Shown: piece by piece, positions 35,677 through 44,893 of the stretch | Layout of the letters: every line of letters begins with the position of its first letter | How positions within the stretch are numbered: the stretch's first letter is position 1 | Virus record (IMG/VR): IMGVR_UViG_3300045391_005035 | DNA length: 64,000 nucleotides | Source of the DNA: a virus | Reading direction: 5' to 3' (one strand) | The notes under the pieces: generated by a model | Databases searched by the model: none | The model's input: the letters and a program-made list of their open reading frames with translations, nothing else | Told to the model about the DNA's origin: nothing | Translations under genes and position numbers: made by a program

Positions 35677-36293
35677 GGCTGGTCTCCGCCATCCGACCCA
35701 GCCGTCTCGTCGACGTCTGCGGCCTCCTCGCCGACCTCGTCCGCGGCCTGCTCCTCCTCGCCGTCCCCCTCGTCCTCGTCCTCGTCGTCGTCGTCTTCGA
35801 CGCTCTGATCGCCCATGAGAGCGGCCACGAGCTGGTTGTAGGCGAGGGCCATCTCGTTGAACTTCGCCTCCGTGTCCTTGTCACTCGGGTACTTCGTTCC
35901 GAGATGCGAGCCGAGTGCGTAGAGCGCCTGGCCGAGTGCGTTGACCTGATCGGTGCCGACCGCGGCGAACGCTTCACCATCGCTCACTTCGGCGCCGAGC
36001 TTGCGCAGGTGCTTCGCGGTCCACTGCCGCTGCCGCTGAAGCTGCGTCGCATTGCTGACGGCGAGCGTGTGCAAGTCGTACATCGTCGTGCCGAGCATCT
36101 CGACCGCCTGTACGAAGCGCTCCATCAGCGTCAGCGAGATGAACTTCCTGAGCTGATCCGGATTCGAGAAGCTCTTGTCCTTGAGCAGCTTCTTCTGGTC
36201 CGCCTGGAGCATGTTGAGGAACTGCACCAGTGCCGGCGGCAGCTCGATCTCCATCTCCATGTCGGCCGACTCGCTCTGCGTCTCTTCGCTCAT
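35673..36293 (-). CDS. Hypothetical helical protein with acidic tail
   Basis: GAGGGAG RBS before MSEETQ; D/E-rich C-terminus. Confidence 0.7.
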   Translation of the reverse strand: MSEETQSESADMEMEIELPPALVQFLNMLQADQKKLLKDKSFSNPDQLRKFISLTLMERFVQAVEMLGTTMYDLHTLAVSNATQLQRQRQWTAKHLRKLGAEVSDGEAFAAVGTDQVNALGQALYALGSHLGTKYPSDKDTEAKFNEMALAYNQLVAALMGDQSVEDDDDEDEDEGDGEEEQAADEVGEEAADVDETAGSDGGDQP

Positions 36294-36304
36294 GTTCGTC
36301 TCCC

Positions 36305-36832
36305 TCAGAGGTCCTTTTCGCCGTGCTCTTGTGCGTATTCGGCCGCCAGCTCCCGCTGACGACGTCGGAAGTTGCGAATCAGATCGCGGCTCGCCACGTC
36401 GATCGGCCGCCGAGCCGAGCAAGCGAAGACCGCTACCTCACCGATCTCCATCAGCTCCGACGCCGTCGCGAGACGGGTGCAGTAACACCTGATCTGCTTG
36501 GGCTGATCGCCGAAGCCCTTGGTTACGCCTTCGGCCTCGGTGACCCATTCCACGAAGTGCTCGCACGCCGGACGACCCGTCGCCTCGTCTTCGGTGCAAA
36601 TCAGGTTGTCCTTGGTGAGCATCAACGCGGGACCGGGCGGCTCGCCGCCGCCGATCATCACGCCACCGTCCGCAGCCGGGACGACCGGCACGTAGCCCGT
36701 CTCGACGTAGTCGGAGGGACGTGTGGCCATCGGCTTCTGACCGGACGTCGACAGATCTCCCGGCTTCTCCGGATCCGTTCCGCCCCAGGACGGCGCCGCC
36801 TCGTCCCCGAAAATGCCACGCTCGCTCGACAT
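36305..36832 (-). CDS. Cys-containing hypothetical protein, first gene of the leftward arm
   Basis: LIC..ACEH..CYC..AC; TAGAGT -10 box 8 nt upstream. Confidence 0.65.
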   Translation of the reverse strand: MSSERGIFGDEAAPSWGGTDPEKPGDLSTSGQKPMATRPSDYVETGYVPVVPAADGGVMIGGGEPPGPALMLTKDNLICTEDEATGRPACEHFVEWVTEAEGVTKGFGDQPKQIRCYCTRLATASELMEIGEVAVFACSARRPIDVASRDLIRNFRRRQRELAAEYAQEHGEKDL

Positions 36833-37338
36833 GGATGGCGACTCTACTCGCGTCAGAACGGACCACAATAGCTCATGTCGTTATCAGCTACGCTTTTGCA
36901 AAATCAGTTTTCGCCACGCGCCATCATGCGCCTTATAGCGCCTACTCTGGCGCAGCTCGGCCGGGACCGACCTATGACGCGTCAGCCGTGGACCATGAAT
37001 GGGCCGCCATTTGCCTGAATGGGCCGCGAGTCCCGCTCGTGGCCGCGTCGCGGAGCTGCGCTGCGCGTGCGCCGCAGCGCGCAGCGCCCTGGTAGGCGCG
37101 GAGCGCGCGTCGCGGTAGCGAGATCCACGAGAGCCGCCGCGAGGGCGCGCAGCGCGCCGTTGGCGAGTGAACGAGACCACGTAGCCACGCCAGAAACGGC
37201 CGAAGCGGGCGCGCGAGCCCGCCTATGAAAGCCCCCGCAGAGAAGAAGGCGCGACCGCGGTCACCCGTGAGAACGCTCACACTACATGCTGGCGTTTGCG
37301 GCTGTTTGCGGTAGATTCGGAGTGTTCCTGAAACCTGA

Positions 37339-37398
37339 CCGTGACCCCCTGGGGGTGCCGGCGGGTACGCGAGAGTGAGTCCCGTGACCCCCTGGGGG
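37339..37398. repeat. 17-bp direct repeat CCGTGACCCCCTGGGGG (x2) in the divergent intergenic region
   Basis: Copies at 37339-37355 and 37382-37398; internal palindrome CCCCC-T-GGGGG. Confidence 0.8.
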
Positions 37399-37699
37399 AG
37401 ACGTGGAGTAACGACGAGTCACGACAGCCGGCGCCGGCTGTACGGGCGAGTCTACCACCGAACCCCGAAGGGCGAGGATAACCTCCGCGCTGCCCCTCGT
37501 CTTCCCCCGTGCTCTCCCCGTCGAATAGGCGGGCTGGGCGGGGTCTGCCCACGTCGTCAGTCCGATGCTCCGCGGGGCGTCGTTCTGGTAGCGTGGGCAC
37601 CGGACAGGCCCTGGCGGGTTCCCGCGCTGGGCGTGGGCCGAGATCCGTCTCGGCGCATGACCAGGGCGGGATCCAACCCCCCGTCCACTGGAGACCACC

Positions 37700-38884
37700 G
37701 TGACACACGCAACCCCGCAACCCACCACCCCCAACCCCCGCGCGAACGGCCTCGCCGCCGCGCCGGGCATGACCGTGCTCTCCGACCAGCCCGAGCGCTG
37801 GACGGCGACCGGCGCCAGTCCGATGACGTGGAGCGAGGCGCGCGAGCGCGTCGCCGCCGCGGATGCCGCGGACGGCGCTCGCTCCGACCTCGCGATCGGC
37901 GACCTCTCCACGTGGGTCGTCGGGCCGCGTCCCGACGGCGTCGCCTGCCTCACTCCGATCCCGATGCCGGGCCGCCCGAACCCCGGGCTCATCCCGATGC
38001 GGAAGAGCGCGTTCCGTCACCTCGTCGCCGCTCTGCCGGGCAAGCCGCCCGCGGACTACCTGCTCTCGCTGCCCGCGAAGCTCGCCAGCGCGTGCATCAG
38101 TACCGGGCTTCAGCGGATGGACCCGAGCGACACGAGCAAGCTCTTGCGCCTGGCAGGTGGCGAGGCTCGCGCGATGGCCAGTGAGAAGTACGCGCCGCTC
38201 GACAACGGCCTCGTGCTGGACCTCGCCGAAGCGACGTTTCGCGCGATGGGCCTGCTCGGCGACATCCGCGTGACCGACCTCGCCGTCGGCCCGACCCTCG
38301 CGCTGCGTGTCGTGCTGCCTGGCGAGGGCCTCGCCGTCAAGCGCGGCGACGTGATCCAGTACGGCCTGGACATCGGCAACGGCGAGACCCTCACGCGCAG
38401 CGTGTCGGCGGCGCCGAGCACGTACCGCCTCGTGTGCACGAACGGCATGCGCTCGTGGGACACCGGCGCGGTCAAGCGCTGGACGCACGTGGGCAATCCG
38501 GATCGCCTCCGCGACGCGTTCCGCGACGCGCTTCCCGCCGTGCTCGCCGAAGGTCGCGGCCTCCGCGACCGCATGCGCGTCGCCGTCGACCGCCTGGTCG
38601 ACGACGCGCTCGGCGAGATCGAGGGCCTCAGCGCCTTCGGCTTCGGCGTGGGCGAGACGCGGGCGATCGCCCGGGACCTCTTCGCCGACCGCGGCCTCGC
38701 GCTCCCGAGCGCGACCGACGAATGGCGCGATGCGGTCCGCGGCGCCGAGCCCGTGACCGTCTTCGACGTCGCGAACGCGATCACCCACGTGGCGCAGTCT
38801 CGCGGCAAGACGCACGGCGTCGACGAACGGCTCGCCTACGAAGAGCGCGGCGGCGCCTACCTGACCCGCCGAGTCACTCGCTGA
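37700..38884 (+). CDS. DUF932/DUF945-family protein
   Basis: SEKYAPLDN...IGNGE...YRLVCTNG...FDVANAIT. Confidence 0.8.
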   Translation: MTHATPQPTTPNPRANGLAAAPGMTVLSDQPERWTATGASPMTWSEARERVAAADAADGARSDLAIGDLSTWVVGPRPDGVACLTPIPMPGRPNPGLIPMRKSAFRHLVAALPGKPPADYLLSLPAKLASACISTGLQRMDPSDTSKLLRLAGGEARAMASEKYAPLDNGLVLDLAEATFRAMGLLGDIRVTDLAVGPTLALRVVLPGEGLAVKRGDVIQYGLDIGNGETLTRSVSAAPSTYRLVCTNGMRSWDTGAVKRWTHVGNPDRLRDAFRDALPAVLAEGRGLRDRMRVAVDRLVDDALGEIEGLSAFGFGVGETRAIARDLFADRGLALPSATDEWRDAVRGAEPVTVFDVANAITHVAQSRGKTHGVDERLAYEERGGAYLTRRVTR

Positions 38885-39015
38885 ACCATCCCCCGGCCGG
38901 GCGAGCCTCATCAGCTCGCCCGTCCGGGTCCGCTCGCCTCGCCCTGCCCCCGGTCCTGGTCTCCCGGGACGTGGGCGAAGCGAGCGGACCCGGGCGAAGG
39001 CCCTTGGAGACCACC

Positions 39016-39318
39016 ATGCGAACCACCATCATGATCCTGCTCGTGCTCGTCGGCTGCGCTCCCGCGGAGCCGGAACCGTGCGATCCCGTCAACCCGTGCG
39101 AGGTCATCCGGCCGGCGTACAACGAAGCGCTCGCGCGCATCAACGCGCCCGGCCTCGACTGCTCGCCCGACGGCTTCGAGGCCTTCGGTTGCCTCCTCTT
39201 CGACCCTCTCACCCCCGCCCAGCTGGACGCGTGCGAGGCCGCGTTCGCCGATCTGGACGGCTCCAGCTCGTGCGCGACGCTCCAGAACACCCTTTGGACG
39301 TGCGAGGGAGGCACGTGA
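39016..39318 (+). CDS. Cys-rich lipoprotein
   Basis: MRTTIMILLVLVG-C lipobox; several further Cys; same TGGAGACCACC RBS as 37700. Confidence 0.65.
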   Translation: MRTTIMILLVLVGCAPAEPEPCDPVNPCEVIRPAYNEALARINAPGLDCSPDGFEAFGCLLFDPLTPAQLDACEAAFADLDGSSSCATLQNTLWTCEGGT

Positions 39319-40265
39319 CCATCCCGCATGAGCCCGCAGAGTACGTGGTCGTCGTCGCGACGGACGCGGAGGCTGCGATGCGGTTTTTCGGCCGCTCCGA
39401 CCGACCCGTGAACCTGGGTCCACCCGCCAACCCGGAGCGCTACAAGCCTGGCGCACGCCGCTGGGGCTTCCGGCGCGTCGCGCCGGATCGTGAGGCCGCG
39501 AACGCCGCGGTCATCGCGAAGGTGCGGAAGCTCCTCGCGCTGGCAGACGACGCCGGTGCAACCGAGGGCGAGGCAACGAACGCCGCCGCCGCCGCGCAAC
39601 GGCTGATCGAGCTGCACCGGCTCGACGTCGCGACGCTCGAAGCGGGCGAGGGCGATGCTCCGCCGCTGCCCGAAGAGACGATCGTCAACGAGCCACTGAT
39701 CGAGGGCGGAGCACCCACCGCCAAGCGTATCGTGTCGTGGCGTGGCCAGCTCACTGGCGGCATCGCCAAGTCGAACGGCTGCCGCCACTACTGGCACGTC
39801 GAGTCGGGCAAGGGTGTTCACCTGCGCATCGTCGGGCCGGCCTCGCGTCTCGCGTCAGTCCGCTACCTGTACGCCTATCTCTCGCACGAAATCGACCGGC
39901 TCGGGACGGAAGCCGCTCGCGGCAACGGTCGCGCGTACGGCAACGCCTGGCGCCTCGGCTGCGCTCAGCGAGTCAGCGAGCGACTCCGTGAGAGCGTCAA
40001 GGCCGCACGCGTCGAGGCGAGGACCCGAGCGAAAGCGGACTCCGGGGCGGCCCTCGCGCGTCTCGACAATGCGCTCGCGCGCATCGAGAGCGACGAGCAG
40101 CGCGTGCTCGAAGCGCTCAGAAAGCTCCGGCTCGTCAACTCCCCCACCAAGGTTGGCAGTGCGAGCGGCTACGAAGCTGGCAAGGCCGCCGGCAATCGCA
40201 TCCAGCTCGGCGGGCACGCCGCGCTCGGCCGCGGGGCCGCCGGCAAGATCGGGCGCGGCCAATGA
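39315..40265 (+). CDS. DUF2786-domain protein
   Basis: IAKVRKLLALA...EATNAAAAAQRLI. Confidence 0.75.
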   Translation: MTIPHEPAEYVVVVATDAEAAMRFFGRSDRPVNLGPPANPERYKPGARRWGFRRVAPDREAANAAVIAKVRKLLALADDAGATEGEATNAAAAAQRLIELHRLDVATLEAGEGDAPPLPEETIVNEPLIEGGAPTAKRIVSWRGQLTGGIAKSNGCRHYWHVESGKGVHLRIVGPASRLASVRYLYAYLSHEIDRLGTEAARGNGRAYGNAWRLGCAQRVSERLRESVKAARVEARTRAKADSGAALARLDNALARIESDEQRVLEALRKLRLVNSPTKVGSASGYEAGKAAGNRIQLGGHAALGRGAAGKIGRGQ

Positions 40266-40537
40266 GCAGCAGCCACGTCGCCAGTACGGCGCGACTCCGG
40301 CTCGGGCTGACCGACACGCAGTGGGATCTACTCGGTCTCACGGATCACCGCGTGCGCAGCGACTACGAGGCGCACGGGTTGACGGTCGAAGGGTGGGTAG
40401 CGACCGGCACCGTCGCAGGCTTCGCTAGGATGCGCCGCCATGCGGCGTGTTTCGAGAACGCCGAGAGCGCGGGTACGCGTCGGTCGATGCGCGCGCTCGT
40501 TCGCAAGATCGACCAGATCACCGGGAGTGCGTCGTGA
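40262..40537 (+). CDS. Hypothetical early protein
   Basis: Chain of ORFs with 4-nt overlaps. Confidence 0.55.
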   Translation: MSSSHVASTARLRLGLTDTQWDLLGLTDHRVRSDYEAHGLTVEGWVATGTVAGFARMRRHAACFENAESAGTRRSMRALVRKIDQITGSAS

Positions 40538-40788
40538 GACTACTCGATCTCGTTCGCACGCTCCGCGAGAGCAGTGCGCGCGTCACGCTCGACGGGCTCG
40601 AATCGTTGCTCGCGCTCGCGCGCGTTCGCGTAGAGCGGCTCGTGCTCGGTCCGCACCACTGGACCGCGACCATCACGTACGACGGAGGCGCCATCACCTA
40701 TGAGGGGATGGGCCGGACCATCGCGAGCGCGCTCGCCGATGCCTGTCGCGTCGCCAGCCAGTGCGGCGCAGATCGGCGGGCGTCATGA
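40534..40788 (+). CDS. Hypothetical early protein
   Basis: GTGA overlap. Confidence 0.5.
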   Translation: MRLLDLVRTLRESSARVTLDGLESLLALARVRVERLVLGPHHWTATITYDGGAITYEGMGRTIASALADACRVASQCGADRRAS

Positions 40789-41042
40789 CGAAGCGCCTGC
40801 GCCTGATCGACGTGCGTAGCCTTCTCGTCGAGGCGATCCAGCGCGACCAACCCACGCCCGACGCGCTGCTCTGGCTCGACCGGCTTCGCTCGCGCGGCTG
40901 GCCGTCCGGCAACGTCGCACCCTTCACGCACGGCGACCTGCTCGCGTTTTTGCGCGACGGCGTCAACGGGATCCCCGACCTGACAAGCGCGCAATGGGAC
41001 GCGTTCCTCGCGCTCTGCGACGACATGGAGGCCAGACAATGA
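40785..41042 (+). CDS. Hypothetical early protein
   Basis: ATGA overlap. Confidence 0.55.
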   Translation: MTKRLRLIDVRSLLVEAIQRDQPTPDALLWLDRLRSRGWPSGNVAPFTHGDLLAFLRDGVNGIPDLTSAQWDAFLALCDDMEARQ

Positions 41043-41374
41043 AGCAGCACATCGATGGGTGCCGAGGCATCACTCACCACGTACCCTGCGACTGCACCGA
41101 GCTGCTCGACACGCGCTCGTGGAACGACCAACCCGCCGAGGTCTCGGCCGCCGCTCGGCTCTGTTCGTTCTCGATGGAGGGCGTGCAGATCGAGATTCGT
41201 CACTCGACCACGACGCCGTGGTACGTGACCGCCGGCAATCTCTTCGGTTCGCAGACACTGCGCTGCGAAGGCGCCGAGTGCGCGCTCCGCGCCGTCGAGG
41301 CTCTCAAGCTCCGCCACCGTGACAGACCGGTGCAGCTCCCTCCGGGCTGCGTGCTGCTCTCGGAGCCGTCATGA
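41039..41374 (+). CDS. Hypothetical early protein
   Basis: ATGA overlap, GGAGG RBS. Confidence 0.55.
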   Translation: MKQHIDGCRGITHHVPCDCTELLDTRSWNDQPAEVSAAARLCSFSMEGVQIEIRHSTTTPWYVTAGNLFGSQTLRCEGAECALRAVEALKLRHRDRPVQLPPGCVLLSEPS

Positions 41375-41724
41375 CTTGGGCCAAGCCGTCCACCGTCGTC
41401 ACCGTCGAGGATGCCCACGGCGAGATCGAGGTTCGTGGCGGTGACACCGGCACGCCGCACGTCGTGGCTGGCGTAGACAGCAACCTCTACGAGGTGAGTC
41501 TCGGCGACTCTACTGCCGCCTACTTTGCCACCGAGGAAGACGCGTGCGACTTCCGCGAGCTGCTGATCGCGAGCTGGGGACTCGGAGCTAGGCGACTCTA
41601 CACCGAGGTCGATATGCGTGCTTTCGGCGAACTGGTACGCGCCGAGGTCGCGGAGTACGGCAGCGATAACGACCACGTCGCAGACCTGTTTGTGCGCTTC
41701 ACGAAGCTCGGAGAGCGAGCATGA
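41371..41724 (+). CDS. Hypothetical early protein
   Basis: ATGA overlap. Confidence 0.6.
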   Translation: MTWAKPSTVVTVEDAHGEIEVRGGDTGTPHVVAGVDSNLYEVSLGDSTAAYFATEEDACDFRELLIASWGLGARRLYTEVDMRAFGELVRAEVAEYGSDNDHVADLFVRFTKLGERA

Positions 41725-41755
41725 ACCAGCATCATCGCAACCAAGGAGACGAGTG

Positions 41756-42070
41756 ATGGGGATGACGTACGCAGAGGTGGCGACCCGAATGCTCCGCATG
41801 CTCGGCGACGCCGGCTACGACACGCGTTCGTACAGCGGACGCGGGATGATGGGCGATCGGTGTGTTGCGCTCGAAGGCGAAGACATCGACGTGTACCGCC
41901 TCGCGCTCGACCTCGCCGACGAGGCCGAGCAGGATGAGACCGGCGACGACGCCGTCGCGCTCGACCTCGCGCGCAGCCCCGAGGTCGACTCCATGGGTCG
42001 CGGCACCGTCATCTACTGGTCCCGCCTGCCGTGGCCCAAGGACCGTGAGGAGGAGGTCGTTGATGACTAA
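41756..42070 (+). CDS. Conserved phage hypothetical protein
   Basis: RSYSGRGMMG.C...DSMGRG.VIYW motif; AAGGAG RBS. Confidence 0.65.
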   Translation: MGMTYAEVATRMLRMLGDAGYDTRSYSGRGMMGDRCVALEGEDIDVYRLALDLADEAEQDETGDDAVALDLARSPEVDSMGRGTVIYWSRLPWPKDREEEVVDD

Positions 42071-42230
42071 GCACGAGCGCACCGACTTCCGCGCCTTCTG
42101 CCAGAACGCGACGGACGCGCAGCTCCGAGAGATCGTTCGTCGCGAGCGCGCAGCAGCCCGTGGCGGCAGCGAGTACCGCGAGCAGTGCGCCGAGATTGCC
42201 GAGGAGGTCGCGGAAGCCCGCGGCGTATGA
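42063..42230 (+). CDS. Small hypothetical protein
   Basis: GGAGG RBS. Confidence 0.5.
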   Translation: MTKHERTDFRAFCQNATDAQLREIVRRERAAARGGSEYREQCAEIAEEVAEARGV

Positions 42231-42400
42231 GCGACACCCTCGCACAAGCCGAACGTGCGCTCGAAGAGGGCGACGTCGAGAGCGCGCTCGACGCGCTAGC
42301 CGTCTACGCCGAGCAGCGCGGACGCGGCGAGCAGCAAGGCGACGACGACGTCCGCTGGGAGCACCTCAGCGAGCTGGCGTTCGAAATGGGGTCACTGTGA
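42227..42400 (+). CDS. Small hypothetical protein
   Basis: ATGA overlap. Confidence 0.5.
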   Translation: MSDTLAQAERALEEGDVESALDALAVYAEQRGRGEQQGDDDVRWEHLSELAFEMGSL

Positions 42401-42672
42401 GAGCCAAGAACCGTCCGAGCACGCGCGAAGGTCTCGCGGCAGAGAACAAGTCGCTCCGAGCGCGCATCGACGACCTGCTGAACGGCTCGCCGAAGACCGA
42501 CGCGGACATGACGCCAGCCATGCGACGGCTACGCATCGCGCTGGAACGCAAGATCGGCGAGCTGTCGGTCGAAGTGACGCGGCTCGAAGAGGAGCGCGAC
42601 GCCCTCAAGGCCGAGCTGGCGACAGCTCGCGTGTACATCGCGCAGCTCGAAGGAACGCTCGCGCGATTCTAG
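42397..42672 (+). CDS. Coiled-coil hypothetical protein
   Basis: GTGA overlap; heptad pattern. Confidence 0.55.
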   Translation: MRAKNRPSTREGLAAENKSLRARIDDLLNGSPKTDADMTPAMRRLRIALERKIGELSVEVTRLEEERDALKAELATARVYIAQLEGTLARF

Positions 42673-42683
42673 CAGTTCGCTGG

Positions 42684-42711
42684 TTGACTTTCAACATACG
42701 CAACATACTAT
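42684..42711 (+). promoter_or_regulatory. Promoter TTGACT-N16-TACTAT with operator CAACATACGCAAC in the spacer
   Basis: Read directly; motif at 42692-42704. Confidence 0.7.
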
Positions 42712-42725
42712 CGAGGACCAGTTCG

Positions 42726-43004
42726 ATGCCTACCAACCCTCGCAACCACGGCTACGGCGATTCGCCCAAGGTGAAGGGCCCGCCAAGCGTGACGAGTCAG
42801 CTGCCCGGCCCGTGTCCGCACTGCGGCTGCGGCCAGGTGTTCGACATCAAGGTCGAAGTCGACGAGACGAGCGTGCACCCGATGCTGCGTCGGCCCGACG
42901 AGCCGCATCGTGTGGTCGGTCGCTACATCGGGTGCGCCGCGTGTCCGTGGGCGTCGCCGATGATCACCAGCTGCGAGCTGATCGCGGTCGAGAGGCCGTC
43001 ATGA
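42726..43004 (+). CDS. Zn-ribbon hypothetical protein
   Basis: CPHCGC...CAACP. Confidence 0.6.
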   Translation: MPTNPRNHGYGDSPKVKGPPSVTSQLPGPCPHCGCGQVFDIKVEVDETSVHPMLRRPDEPHRVVGRYIGCAACPWASPMITSCELIAVERPS

Positions 43005-43315
43005 GGAAACGACCGATCATGGAAGCGGCCCGCTTTTGGACCGGCTCGACGAAGCGCCGGAAGACGACCGCCGAGAAGTTCGACGCCGCCGAGATCGAGG
43101 GTCGCGTTGCTCGCTGGAGCGAGGCGATGGATGCGCTCGACGAAGCTGCGAAGAGCCTTGCGACCGTCGGCCACGACGCAGCGGTGCAAGCCGTCGAGGC
43201 GCATAACGGGACGCGCGGTCCGGCGTTCACGCCGATGCGAGCGGATTTCGAGTGGGCCAAGCGCGTCACGCGACGGCTCAAGCAGCTCGCGGACGAGATC
43301 GCGAGGTACCAGTGA
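43001..43315 (+). CDS. Hypothetical protein
   Basis: ATGA overlap. Confidence 0.55.
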   Translation: MRKRPIMEAARFWTGSTKRRKTTAEKFDAAEIEGRVARWSEAMDALDEAAKSLATVGHDAAVQAVEAHNGTRGPAFTPMRADFEWAKRVTRRLKQLADEIARYQ

Positions 43316-43632
43316 CGAAGACGAAGATCGAGATCACGCCCGAGGTTCTCGCCAACATGCGCGAGGTGTACGGACACCAGTGCCGCGTCTGCGGAGACCA
43401 ACTCTCGATGCAGGACTCACGCGACCTGGTGTTCGCGTGCAGTCCGATGGAGGACGATCCGGACAAGCCAGGATACCTGCGTCTCAAGGCGGGACGCAAG
43501 ATGGGGCTGGACGACCACTACGGCGCCTCGCGCCGCTACTTCTCGCACGCCTACCTCTCGCCTCAGCCGCTCGTCGTCGCGCTCATCGAGGCGTACGAAG
43601 CGCTGCTCAAGCGGACCGGAGAGACGCCGTGA
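43312..43632 (+). CDS. Hypothetical protein (CxxC)
   Basis: GTGA overlap; CRVCG. Confidence 0.55.
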   Translation: MTKTKIEITPEVLANMREVYGHQCRVCGDQLSMQDSRDLVFACSPMEDDPDKPGYLRLKAGRKMGLDDHYGASRRYFSHAYLSPQPLVVALIEAYEALLKRTGETP

Positions 43633-43937
43633 CGGCCGCCAGCTATCGCACGAACGACCCGAAGGGATGGGGCGGCGACCCGAAGCGCGGAGCTGCGCTT
43701 GGGCGCCCGCAGCGGCACGGCGACCCCGCATACGCTGGCGTGCTCACGCTGCGCCGCGTGCGCATCGATCGCGAGGGCTACGACGGGCTCGGGACCTATT
43801 GGGGTCTCTCGAACACACCGCTCTACTGGTTCGCTAGCGCGAACAACTACATCGACCGCACGGTGTGGGCAGCCAACCGCGAGGCGGCGCGCGAGTACGT
43901 GCTGCGTGAGTACCCGAACGCGACGGTGCGTCGATGA
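43629..43937 (+). CDS. Conserved phage hypothetical protein
   Basis: RGAALGR...LRRVRID.EGYD..GTYWG...PLYW pattern. Confidence 0.6.
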   Translation: MTAASYRTNDPKGWGGDPKRGAALGRPQRHGDPAYAGVLTLRRVRIDREGYDGLGTYWGLSNTPLYWFASANNYIDRTVWAANREAAREYVLREYPNATVRR

Positions 43938-44209
43938 TCCTCGACTGGCATTGCGCCGATGGCGCCGAAGTCCCCCACGTGAGCGTCAACGACGTGACCG
44001 AAGGTCCGGACGACGAGGTCTGCGTGGCGGTGTTCTATCCGACCGTCGCCGAGATCGAGGCGGCGCGGCTGGCCCCCTACCCGCGCGCGATGGGGCCGTG
44101 CGAGGACCGAGCGCTCCTCTTCATCGAAGCGCTGGTCGTCGCGGGGCGCGCGCAGCGACCCGACGCTGCCTGGCAGGCCAGGTGGTACCCCGAGGAGTCG
44201 ACCTCATGA
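43934..44209 (+). CDS. Hypothetical protein
   Basis: ATGA overlap. Confidence 0.55.
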   Translation: MILDWHCADGAEVPHVSVNDVTEGPDDEVCVAVFYPTVAEIEAARLAPYPRAMGPCEDRALLFIEALVVAGRAQRPDAAWQARWYPEESTS

Positions 44210-44475
44210 GCCGCCCCGTTCATCGCATCCCTGGCCACGACGTCGACCGCATCGATGTCGCCGCTGGCCTTCGCGAGCTTCGCGAGATCGGCTACGACGA
44301 TCCGCACACCGTCATGGTCATCGAGCACGCGCTTCGGCGCTACGCCCGCGGCGAAGAGGAGGCTGCTCGTCGCGGCGCAATCGACAAGTCGTTCCACGGC
44401 ATCAGCTTCACGTGCTGGACGCGTGTCCTCGCGGCAGCGATGGCGTCCGCAGAAGCAGCCGCAAAGAGGCAGTGA
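44206..44475 (+). CDS. Hypothetical protein
   Basis: ATGA overlap. Confidence 0.55.
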   Translation: MSRPVHRIPGHDVDRIDVAAGLRELREIGYDDPHTVMVIEHALRRYARGEEEAARRGAIDKSFHGISFTCWTRVLAAAMASAEAAAKRQ

Positions 44476-44497
44476 CAAACGGAAAGGACGGCCGACA

Positions 44498-44893
44498 ATG
44501 ACGCGTTTCGTGATGACCATCCCAGGGGCCGAGGCCATGTCGCACGGCGACATCGCTCGCGCCTTGCGTCGCCTCGCCGACGAAATGGTGAGCTGGAACC
44601 CGAACTTCCAGGGGGGCGGCTCACTTCGCGCTGACGATGGGCGCGCCATCGGTACCTGCCACTACGCGCACGACGACGCGAGCATCGCTCTCCGCATCTA
44701 CGATGAGACCAAACAACAGTTTGGGCTCGTGTTCCGACGCCCTGGACGCGTCGACATTCACACCATCGACCAAGGCCCCAACAAGGGAAAGCTGATCGCC
44801 TACGTCTACGACGGCGTTCGGGTCAGCGACAGCGTCGAGCCGCTCGGCTGCTTCGACGGCAGCGAACGCGGCAACGTCGAGTGGGTCCGGTGA
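44498..44893 (+). CDS. Hypothetical protein
   Basis: AAAGGA RBS; IARALRRLAD..LR.DDG..IG resembles 53442-53639. Confidence 0.6.
   Translation: MTRFVMTIPGAEAMSHGDIARALRRLADEMVSWNPNFQGGGSLRADDGRAIGTCHYAHDDASIALRIYDETKQQFGLVFRRPGRVDIHTIDQGPNKGKLIAYVYDGVRVSDSVEPLGCFDGSERGNVEWVR

Noticed and set aside
36972-37280. Protein-coding gene in the divergent gap
   Set aside because: No clear RBS, no coupling to neighbours and low-information composition; cannot be supported
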